Positions 48,379 through 56,409 of a DNA stretch of 64,000 nt are shown here, in pieces. Origin of the DNA: Dehalococcoidia bacterium (GTDB lineage Bacteria; Chloroflexota; Dehalococcoidia; GIF9; AB-539-J10); contig JAUWYX010000002.1 of assembly GCA_030615625.1 (NCBI GenBank), forward strand, positions 82,722 through 146,721, in the 5' to 3' direction. The notes under the pieces were generated by a model, which saw only the letters and a list, made by a program, of their open reading frames with translations, ran no database searches and was not told the DNA's origin. The translations under genes and the position numbers were made by a program. The stretch's first letter is position 1, and each line of letters opens with the position of its first letter.

Positions 48379-50067
48379 CTACTTTAGTTCCCCGCTGGCT
48401 TTCATCCTGGCTATCTCTTCTTCCCTCAATTGCCTCTTGAATAGCTTCAGGGTGACGGTGAGAGGTAGCTCTTCCCTGAACTCAATGAATTTGGGCACGG
48501 CATAAGCTGGCAGCTTCTCCCGGCAGTGACCGATTATCTCTTCGGCTGTCACTTTCCCCCGAGCCTCTTTTTTTAGCCTGATGAAAGCTTTTATCCTTTC
48601 GCTGCCCGGGCGCTCTGGGTCAGGAATCCCAATCGCCACCGCATCGCCAACCGCCGGGTGTTCATACAGAGCGTCGTCAACCAGCCTGGTGTAGACTTTG
48701 AGTCCAGATATATTGGCCATATCCTTGAGCCGGTCTGTGATGTAGAAATAGCCATCCTCTTCCATTCTTACCACATCACCGGTGGGCAGCCAGCCGTCAA
48801 CAAGCCCTTTACCCACCTCAGGCCAATAGCCAATCATTATCTGCGGTCCACGAACCCACAGCTCACCTTCTTGCCCCGGGGCCACCTCCTGACCTGTGTC
48901 CAAGTTTACAATTTTGACATCTGTATCCGGCAAGGGAATGCCTATGGAACCAAACTTTTCGAAAGGCATGAAGCCCGTGATTTTGGAGAAAGATGAAAGG
49001 TTAATGTGTGTACCACCACCGGTTTCGGTTAGCCCATAGGCTTCGGTTACGGGCACACCAGTTTCTTGCCTGAATTTCCGAGCAATCTCGGGAGCCAGCG
49101 CTGCTGTTGTGGAGAAAAACATTGTGGTAATCCTGCCAAGCCCTTGAGCTACAAGCCGTGAGTATTGAGTCGGCACGCAGGCACAGAAAAAGGGGCGATA
49201 CTTCGTCAACATCTGCGCCAGAGTGTCAATGTCTCTCGGGTCGGGAAGCAAGTAACACTTGAGCCCCCAGTAGACACCGAAATGCATAAGTAAGTGACCA
49301 TACGTATGAAAAAGAGGAATGGGGATCATGCCCGAAGCCTTGCCCTTGATTCCAACTTTTAAGGGCTCATATGCCCACGCAGTCTGTATCACTGCCGCTA
49401 TTCGATTATAATGGGTCAACATTACTCCCTTGGGTAAGCCAGTGGCGCCTCCTGTGAATGGTAGGACAGCCAGGTCTTTCATTGGATCGATGTCAACATC
49501 AGGAGGCTTGGGCTCATGGCTGTCTATTAATTCACGGAATTGATATGTGTTTGGTATTTTTTTCAACTCCGGCTCTTCCGATGAATAATCCATGACAGAG
49601 GTGACTATTATGTTCTTGATCTTGGTTCTGTCCTTTATTGAATCTACCGTCTCCAGGGACATCTCGGTGCAGATAACTGTCTCAGCTTCTGATTCACCGA
49701 TCTCGTATGTCAAGTCAGCGGCCTTGTGCATAACGCTGCATGGGACATGGGCTGCCCCGGTTTTCATAATCCCGAAGTCGCTTATCATAAACTGCGGGCA
49801 ATTTGGTAGAACGGTGGCTACTTTGTCGCCTTTCTTAACACCTAAATCAACCAGTGCCGCAGCCAACCTGTCGCTAAGAAGCTTCATCTCGCTATAAAGG
49901 ATTTCTTTCCCCAGATAGAAACAGGCAGCTCTGTCAGGAAACTCAGCCGCAGTGGCATCCAGAAGGCTGTGGGCAGTCATCTTTGGATAAGGTTCTCTTG
50001 TCTGCGGAAGCTTGTACGGCCCCATCTTATATTGCTTTAACCAGGGTTTTTCAGCCATAGCGACCAC
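48379..50067 (-). CDS. AMP-dependent synthetase/ligase (acyl-CoA synthetase)
   Basis: AMP-binding motif FTGGATGLPKGVMLTHYN and the C-terminal ANL superfamily domain. Confidence 0.8.
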   Translation of the reverse strand: MVAMAEKPWLKQYKMGPYKLPQTREPYPKMTAHSLLDATAAEFPDRAACFYLGKEILYSEMKLLSDRLAAALVDLGVKKGDKVATVLPNCPQFMISDFGIMKTGAAHVPCSVMHKAADLTYEIGESEAETVICTEMSLETVDSIKDRTKIKNIIVTSVMDYSSEEPELKKIPNTYQFRELIDSHEPKPPDVDIDPMKDLAVLPFTGGATGLPKGVMLTHYNRIAAVIQTAWAYEPLKVGIKGKASGMIPIPLFHTYGHLLMHFGVYWGLKCYLLPDPRDIDTLAQMLTKYRPFFCACVPTQYSRLVAQGLGRITTMFFSTTAALAPEIARKFRQETGVPVTEAYGLTETGGGTHINLSSFSKITGFMPFEKFGSIGIPLPDTDVKIVNLDTGQEVAPGQEGELWVRGPQIMIGYWPEVGKGLVDGWLPTGDVVRMEEDGYFYITDRLKDMANISGLKVYTRLVDDALYEHPAVGDAVAIGIPDPERPGSERIKAFIRLKKEARGKVTAEEIIGHCREKLPAYAVPKFIEFREELPLTVTLKLFKRQLREEEIARMKASGELK

Positions 50068-50078
50068 GATATCACCCC

Positions 50079-51935
50079 CTATACCTTATCGATTACATAA
50101 TCCAGATTCAGATCCTTGAGCTTTTCCGGCGTTGGCTTTCCGGTCTTTTTGTCCCAGCCGCGGAACTCATAATAGGCATCCAGCGACTGGTCTAATTTTT
50201 TCACCATATGTCCCTGGGCAGCACCCTCAGGTAATGGCTCCTCAAGCAATCGCTTCGGCAGAGTATCATCTGCCCTGGTCAGGCCGTCCCTGACGCTGAA
50301 AGCTCTCGCCAGGTTATAGACCCTCTCCCCGGCTTTTCTGAAATCGTTGACACTAAACTCCCAGCCAACGCAGTTGGCTATCATGTCAACCCAGTCTTCG
50401 GCAGCCAGTGCCATGCCCATGAACTTGCATGTCCCCACGCAATCGAAGACGGTGAGGGCATCTTCGAGGTCTTTGACCACCTTAGCCTCGGCAGGATTTT
50501 CCACAATCCAGTCTTCGATTCGGCTATCTTCAACACACAGGAAAGGAATATCTACGAAGGCTGGCCCTTCAACGTAAGCTGTAATATGGTCGCCGCCGCG
50601 GTTAGCCGTGGCAAATGCCAGACCGCATATCTTGGCTGCCCTAGGGTCATAAGCCGGCAACTCCAGCCCTTTGACGTGCATGGCAAACCTTTCCGCGCCC
50701 TTGTCCAGCTTCGCCGCTACTCTCTTAGTCCCTTCAGCCAGCAGGTCACCAATACCTTCCCTTTTGGCTATCTTGTGTATGAGCTGAATGACAACATCTG
50801 GCTCACCGAATTTCATCTCCAGCCCGTCGGTATCAGCTTTGGTCAATATCCCTTTTTCATAGCACTCTATGGCAAAGGCTATAGTGCTCCCGGTAGAGAC
50901 TACATCCAGCCCGTAGTCATCGCACAAGTTATGTGCCAGTGTCACTGCCTCAAGGTTCTCCAGCGCGCACATGGCACCAAAGGCGCCGATTGTTTCATAT
51001 TCCGGCCCTTCACCCTTACAGGCATAAGGACCGCTCTTCACCACACTTACCCTGCAGCAGCTAATGGGACAGGCGTAGCAATGCTTCCTGTCCACCAAGA
51101 GCGTGCTTTCCAGCGTGATTCCACTTATTTTGTCTATATCCGGCACAACGCCGGTCTGCCAGTTCCTGGTAGGAAACCCTCCCCTGACGTTTACCAAATC
51201 GGTAACCATGGCCGTCCCGTAGGTCTCGAGAGTAATCTTCAGCAGGCTTTCATTAACCAGGTCATAGTTCCTCTTCGAGATTTGGCTGAAAGCATCTTTG
51301 TTGGCTATTTTAATCTCCTGTGTCCCTCTGGCAGCCACTGCCTTCAGACGTTTCGACCCCATTACTGTCCCAACACCACATCTCCCGGCAGGCCGGTGAA
51401 CATCATTGAAAATACCGGCATATCTGACTAAGTTCTCACCAGCTATGCCAATGCAGGCAACATTGAAGTCCTCACCCAGTTCTTCTCTAATTAGCCTGTA
51501 TGTTTCACCAACACCTTTGCCCCAGAGGTGCTTGGCGTCTCTGAGTTCGACTTTGCCGTCATCTATTACCAGGTAGACCGGCTTGGGTGATATACCTTCG
51601 AAGATAATCCCGTCGAAACCTGAGTTTTTCAGGTAGACTCCCCAGCTACCCCCCGAGTTCGCCTCTGCCCAGAAACCGGTTAGAGGCGACTTGGTAACTA
51701 CACAATATCTTCCGGCGCTTGGTGATTCTGTGCCGGTCAAGGGCCCGGTCATAAAAATAAGCTTATTGTCGGGTCCAAGTGGGTCAGTGCCTTTGGACAC
51801 TTCGTCGAAAAGGTATTTTGTTGCCAGTCCGCTCCCTCCCAGGAACATCTTGCAGTCATCCTCTTTAAGAGCCTCTTCTGATACCTTGCCGTTTGTTAAA
51901 TCAACCCTGAGTATCTGTCCCATGTAACCGAACAT
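50079..51935 (-). CDS. Tungsten-containing aldehyde:ferredoxin oxidoreductase (AOR family)
   Basis: MFGYMGQILRVDLTNGKV N-terminus, AOR_N plus pterin-binding domains, and Cys ligands for the 4Fe-4S cluster. The ATG at 51935 follows GGAGGA. Confidence 0.85.
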   Translation of the reverse strand: MFGYMGQILRVDLTNGKVSEEALKEDDCKMFLGGSGLATKYLFDEVSKGTDPLGPDNKLIFMTGPLTGTESPSAGRYCVVTKSPLTGFWAEANSGGSWGVYLKNSGFDGIIFEGISPKPVYLVIDDGKVELRDAKHLWGKGVGETYRLIREELGEDFNVACIGIAGENLVRYAGIFNDVHRPAGRCGVGTVMGSKRLKAVAARGTQEIKIANKDAFSQISKRNYDLVNESLLKITLETYGTAMVTDLVNVRGGFPTRNWQTGVVPDIDKISGITLESTLLVDRKHCYACPISCCRVSVVKSGPYACKGEGPEYETIGAFGAMCALENLEAVTLAHNLCDDYGLDVVSTGSTIAFAIECYEKGILTKADTDGLEMKFGEPDVVIQLIHKIAKREGIGDLLAEGTKRVAAKLDKGAERFAMHVKGLELPAYDPRAAKICGLAFATANRGGDHITAYVEGPAFVDIPFLCVEDSRIEDWIVENPAEAKVVKDLEDALTVFDCVGTCKFMGMALAAEDWVDMIANCVGWEFSVNDFRKAGERVYNLARAFSVRDGLTRADDTLPKRLLEEPLPEGAAQGHMVKKLDQSLDAYYEFRGWDKKTGKPTPEKLKDLNLDYVIDKV

Positions 51936-51985
51936 GTTTGCTCCTCCTTTTTTTTTGCTCGCATGTGCTCCTAAACTGGTCTTTT

Positions 51986-52249
51986 TCACTCTTCGAATTT
52001 TGTCTTGACAGCATCCATTCGCCGCACACGGTGGATTGTCTCAAACGGCGTCTGCGTCAAGTGGAGGACTCGTCTCAATACCTTCTCATCAGGTGCCTCC
52101 CACTCACAGAAGTGCTTGTTTCCAGCGAAATCGCAGTAACTACACCTCCAGGAGACGCCTTTTGGCATGTAATTGGGTGCGGCCTTAGCGCGTGCAATCA
52201 ACTCCTCCTCAGTGAACGGTGCCTTATGAACAACTATAAAACGTGGCAT
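51986..52249 (-). CDS. DUF4242-family small protein
   Basis: MPRFIVVHKAPFTEEEL...HFCEWEAPDEKVLRRVLH resembles DUF4242 (MPxFMDVH...FCLxEAPD...VH). Confidence 0.45.
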   Translation of the reverse strand: MPRFIVVHKAPFTEEELIARAKAAPNYMPKGVSWRCSYCDFAGNKHFCEWEAPDEKVLRRVLHLTQTPFETIHRVRRMDAVKTKFEE

Positions 52250-52309
52250 TTTTACCTCCTGATGGTTCCCCCGAAATTTCTTGAAGTTAGCACAGTGGCT
52301 CCAGTAAAG

Positions 52310-53476
52310 CTAAAAATCTATACTCTTTCCTTCGTATGTGTAGCCCAAGAACCTCTCGGTCTCTGCAACATTAGGTATTCTGGCAGAAACAATCAGCGAG
52401 CCATCGGCCATGATATTGTCTATTAGCTTCTCCATCGCCTTGTTGAAGCTATTCAATGAAATACCCGTTTCTTTAATGCTCAGCGGTTGATTGATATTAT
52501 GAGCCAGTCCTCGTATAGCTTGTGTTAAAATTGTTGCTGCCCTTTTCCCTTTAGGTACTTCAAGTTTGATAGCGTAAGCTATCTCTGCCCAGAGTTCTTC
52601 GCGAACTTCACCGATGAACTCGATGGTGTAGGGCAGAAACAGCCCAACCGCTCTGCCATGGGGAATATGGAATAGGGCGCCAAGGGAATGACCTGCAGCA
52701 TGGGCCATAGATGACAGCGCGTTGATGAAGCCGATACCTGCGATACAGCCTGCATTATGCATCTTTTCCCTGGCTTCCATGTCATTCCCATCCTTCACCA
52801 CTCTAGGAAGATACTGGAAAACAAGCTGTATAGCTTTGATACAGAGACCGTCGGTGAAGTCGTTCTTCCAGGTACAGGTATATCCTTCGACTGCGTGAGT
52901 TAGTGCGTCCATGCCTGTGTCTGCTGTGATTTGTGGAGGCATTGCCCGTGCCAGTTCTGGGTCTACAATAGCAATGTCTGGGACGATCTCCCGGTTAATA
53001 AGGCTCAGCTTCCTTTGGTCAGCTGTATCGGTAAGCACTACCGCAAAAGTTGCCTCGGCACCCGTGCCCGAAGTTGTGGCAACGCAAACAAGCTTGCACT
53101 TGGCACCCAGACCCAAATCCGAAATAAATGGGTTTATTTCCTCTGGCTTTATGTCTGGCCTTTCATATTGCACCCTCATCGCCTTAGCTGCGTCCATAAC
53201 CGAGCCCCCACCTACAGCAACAACCAAATCCGGTCCATACTGGTTCATCAGAGCCACACCCTTTTGTACCGTCTGCAGCGACGGGTCGGGCTCAACCTCA
53301 TCAAAGACAGTGGCTTGTATCCCCGCTTGGGAAAGCTGTTCTTTGACTTTGTCAACGAAACCCAGACTCACAATGTTCTTATCGGTAACGATGAACGCCG
53401 ATTTCCCCTTCAATTGAGCCAGGTGGCTCAGTGCATCTTGTCCAAAAACTACCTCAGGAACCACGAAGTACCACAT
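52310..53476 (-). CDS. Iron-containing alcohol dehydrogenase
   Basis: Fe-ADH family motifs (GGGSVMDAAKAM, the metal-binding His cluster HxxxH...H); 388 aa. Confidence 0.85.
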   Translation of the reverse strand: MWYFVVPEVVFGQDALSHLAQLKGKSAFIVTDKNIVSLGFVDKVKEQLSQAGIQATVFDEVEPDPSLQTVQKGVALMNQYGPDLVVAVGGGSVMDAAKAMRVQYERPDIKPEEINPFISDLGLGAKCKLVCVATTSGTGAEATFAVVLTDTADQRKLSLINREIVPDIAIVDPELARAMPPQITADTGMDALTHAVEGYTCTWKNDFTDGLCIKAIQLVFQYLPRVVKDGNDMEAREKMHNAGCIAGIGFINALSSMAHAAGHSLGALFHIPHGRAVGLFLPYTIEFIGEVREELWAEIAYAIKLEVPKGKRAATILTQAIRGLAHNINQPLSIKETGISLNSFNKAMEKLIDNIMADGSLIVSARIPNVAETERFLGYTYEGKSIDF

Positions 53477-53578
53477 AGCTACCTCCTCTTCATAAACTGG
53501 TTATATTTCTATAACAACATTATGTCAGCAAACAACAGCTATTATCAGCCTGCTTGTGGCTTCACACTATATAAATGT

Positions 53579-53989
53579 CTAATCAGGGAATACGGTCTCA
53601 AATGCAGTCATGCAGTTGACCAGTTCCACGGCTGCCCTGGGCATCTTCATGATTTGGGCCATATCACCTTTGACCTTGATCTTGCCGGTCATCATAGACT
53701 GGACTGGGTCAACCTTTTTGTCCAGTATTTGCTTCATGTTGGTGAACGAGCCGAATATGCGGTATTTCGGAGACTTCTCATTTTCGTCCGTAATCACGCG
53801 AGCCTCGCGGCATTCACCATGCCACAGGTCAAGGTACATGATGTCCCTGTGTTTGTACGATGCATCGGGCTCCACGATAATGTATATGTCTCCTTCCCAC
53901 TTCTTAGCTGCCTCTTTGTATGCCTGGCTGGTTTCCAGCGCCTTTTTCAGTGCATCCACCCACTCTTGTGATCCAAACAAAATAGCCAT
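53579..53989 (-). CDS. SCP2 sterol-carrier-like domain protein
   Basis: C-terminal MTGKIKVKGDMAQIMKM matches the SCP2 signature (GKLKxxGNMxLAMKL). Confidence 0.55.
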   Translation of the reverse strand: MAILFGSQEWVDALKKALETSQAYKEAAKKWEGDIYIIVEPDASYKHRDIMYLDLWHGECREARVITDENEKSPKYRIFGSFTNMKQILDKKVDPVQSMMTGKIKVKGDMAQIMKMPRAAVELVNCMTAFETVFPD

Positions 53990-54126
53990 TTTAACCTCCT
54001 CCTGATGAATTTCGGCTGTAAATTATACCATTTTTTACCCACTCAAGACGTGTTACATAGACACTACCACCCCCTCCCTGAAAATCGATCACTTATATCC
54101 AGCAGTCAGTGACGACGCAGACTACG

Positions 54127-54531
54127 CTATTTCAGTACCATTATCTTTGAAATCTTGAGCAATAGCAAAGGATTGCCCCCAGACTTCAGCTTGCCGGTGA
54201 GCATAGCCACTATAGGGCTGAGTTGGCCAGAGCTAATATGTGCTAGATTTTCAAACCCAGCTTCCATATATGCCGTCGGCTTGGCTACGGCATCATTCTG
54301 CAGCTCAAGTTTGCCTTGATCGAGATGTAGTGTAACGGCTACACCTGACGTCGACTCCTTGATGACTACACTTCCTTTCACCTTCTCAACGCTCTTATAC
54401 TTCTTAGGGTCCTTGAGGTTTGTGTCCATAATCTCCTTGAGCATTACACCCAGACCGTTAAGTTCTTTCCCCTCCTTCACCTTGACTTCAGTCACCTTCA
54501 ATATACCTCCCTTCAAGGATGTCTCCTGCAA
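54127..54531 (-). CDS. SCP2-like domain protein (second copy, divergent)
   Basis: C-terminal LTGKLKSGGNPLLLLKI. Same size class as the neighbouring gene. Confidence 0.4.
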   Translation of the reverse strand: MQETSLKGGILKVTEVKVKEGKELNGLGVMLKEIMDTNLKDPKKYKSVEKVKGSVVIKESTSGVAVTLHLDQGKLELQNDAVAKPTAYMEAGFENLAHISSGQLSPIVAMLTGKLKSGGNPLLLLKISKIMVLK

Positions 54532-54603
54532 AATTTCTTCACCGATTTATCCCTTCATGGTATATTATATTATAATTATCATGACTATTGTAAGGGTATT
54601 TTT

Positions 54604-55479
54604 ATGGAAAGCAACACAGCCGACAAAGATATTATCCGATATATTGCCGGATCAGCAGAGGCATATTTTGCCCCGGACGGGAAAAGACTCCCCGTTATCA
54701 GCCTGAAAACAGCGGCGTCCATCGCCAATTCGCAAGGAATCTCGACCAAAGAGGTGGAAATAACGGCGTTAAAGCAGGGAATTGTCCCCCGGCGATATCT
54801 CCGAAATATAGGCACAATAGGTCTGGTTGGGCAAATTAAACTATTGCAATCAACCGTGGCCGTGGTAGGTGCGGGGGGGTTAGGTGGCACTGTTATCGAG
54901 TTATTGGCCAGACAAGGAGTAGGCCATCTGATTATCATAGATAATGACTGCTTCACTGAGCGGGATTTGAACAGGCAAATTATGTCCACAGAAGAAAATC
55001 TGGGCGAATACAAAGTTACCGTGGCAGCAAAAAGAGCCGGGGAGATAAATTCAGCAACCACAGTCACTACATTTCGGGAAAGGTTGACCAAGGAGAATGC
55101 TCAAAAGCTTCTTGGCAGTGCTCAGGTAGTAGCCGATGGACTTGATAATCTGCCATCACGGTTGGCGGTTGAGCAGGCTTGTCGTCAACTGGCAATACCC
55201 TATGTCTATGCGTCGATAGCCGGCTTTGGTGGTCAACTCATGACTATTTTTCCTGAAGACACGGGGCTGTCTTCAGTTTATGGGTCATCCAATACTATTC
55301 CCGGACAGGGTATAGAGACTAAAATCGGTAACCCTACAGCCACACCTGCAATCATTGCCGCATTACAGGTTCAGGAGGTAGTCAAAATCATCACTGGAGT
55401 CGGTAAACCTGCACGTAACCAGATCCTCTTGGTGGATGCCAGGGAATGTATTATCGACAAAATTGAACTGGGAAGGTAG
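54604..55479 (+). CDS. ThiF/MoeB/HesA-family E1-like adenylyltransferase with an extra N-terminal segment
   Basis: Rossmann-type nucleotide-binding motif VAVVGAGGLGG plus the ThiF core. The ~75-aa N-terminal extension is of unknown function. Confidence 0.65.
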   Translation: MESNTADKDIIRYIAGSAEAYFAPDGKRLPVISLKTAASIANSQGISTKEVEITALKQGIVPRRYLRNIGTIGLVGQIKLLQSTVAVVGAGGLGGTVIELLARQGVGHLIIIDNDCFTERDLNRQIMSTEENLGEYKVTVAAKRAGEINSATTVTTFRERLTKENAQKLLGSAQVVADGLDNLPSRLAVEQACRQLAIPYVYASIAGFGGQLMTIFPEDTGLSSVYGSSNTIPGQGIETKIGNPTATPAIIAALQVQEVVKIITGVGKPARNQILLVDARECIIDKIELGR

Positions 55480-55483
55480 GGAA

Positions 55484-55768
55484 ATGGCATTAGTTACAGT
55501 GCGCTTCTATAGTCTCTGGCGTTCTTATCTCGACACAGATAGCACCACTTTGCAAGCTGATCACATAGATGACGCACTAACTCAGCTCGAAGAGAAATTT
55601 GGTTCTCGCCTCCGAGAGAAACTCGAGGCTGCTGGGATTCATCTGGATGGGAAGATACAGGACTATTCGCTCATTTTGCTGAACGGTATCGCCTTGCGCA
55701 ATCTGAAGAGCACTGCCCTAAAAGAAGGAGATGTGCTACACATCTTTCCACCCGCCATCGGTGGGTAA
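55484..55768 (+). CDS. MoaD/ThiS-family sulfur-carrier protein (C-terminal Gly-Gly)
   Basis: 94 aa beta-grasp-sized protein ending ...HIFPPAIGG*. It lies directly downstream of the ThiF-like gene. Confidence 0.6.
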   Translation: MALVTVRFYSLWRSYLDTDSTTLQADHIDDALTQLEEKFGSRLREKLEAAGIHLDGKIQDYSLILLNGIALRNLKSTALKEGDVLHIFPPAIGG

Positions 55769-55899
55769 CAGCCGAAGAATATCTGATTGTACCTTGTACC
55801 CTTCCGAGTAATTTGGCATACGCCCTCTTTCCTCACAGAGAAAGTTTGCTTTGTCAATCTCCTGATTTGTGTAGTTGCCTGATTTATCAGGCTTTGCCC

Positions 55900-56135
55900 T
55901 TCAACAAGCCAGGCAAGATACCCGTCGAGGCAGCCAGGCGGTAACAGGTAAGTCTTTCCCAAAAACCTGAAGGGTTTTCTGGCTTATCAGCTTGCTATTA
56001 TGGGTTGGTATGAGAGCTAGTGCCCAGCCTCTATCACTCAATTTATGGACTTTTTTACCGAATGGTGATGAAACTTTGAAAAAATCTTGGAAAATCAGAA
56101 AAACTATTGACAATTCCTTCATTAGTGATATAATA
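55900..56135. repeat. Element 1 copy d, including a 3' remnant of the AbfD-family gene and the promoter module
   Basis: 55906-55945 (CAAGATACCCGTCGAGGCAGCCAGGCGGTAACAGGTAAG) duplicates the last ~12 codons plus stop of 45073..46605 (...SKIPAEAARR*). Then comes GTAAGTCTTTCCCAAAAACCTGAAGGG..., followed by TTGACAATTCCTTCATTAGTGATATAATAGG (TTGACA-N17-TGnTATAAT). Confidence 0.65.
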
Positions 56136-56409
56136 GGCTCCATAAGAATAGTCTTAAAAAAATAGTATTTAAGACTAATATCAAGGTGGGTGGTCAAGTG
56201 TGTGCGTCAGGGGTTTGTTATAGTTCCTACGATGCTCCTAAGAGCACATACAGCTATGTGAACGAGGCTCTTTTTCCCTGCCATGGCAAAATCAATCCTC
56301 CCTTTCGAAACCTAAAATCATTGCCAGGCATAGCCGAGGCAATCCCTTCTCTCTTGAGTCGAAGGATAAGGATTTTGGAAAAACCGAACTGTTACTAAGG
56401 AGTTGAAGT

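Noticed and set aside
52911-54005. Plus-strand ORFs 52931..53971 and 53610..54005 overlapping Fe-ADH and SCP2 genes
   Set aside because: They are antisense to clear Fe-ADH and SCP2 frames. No motifs.
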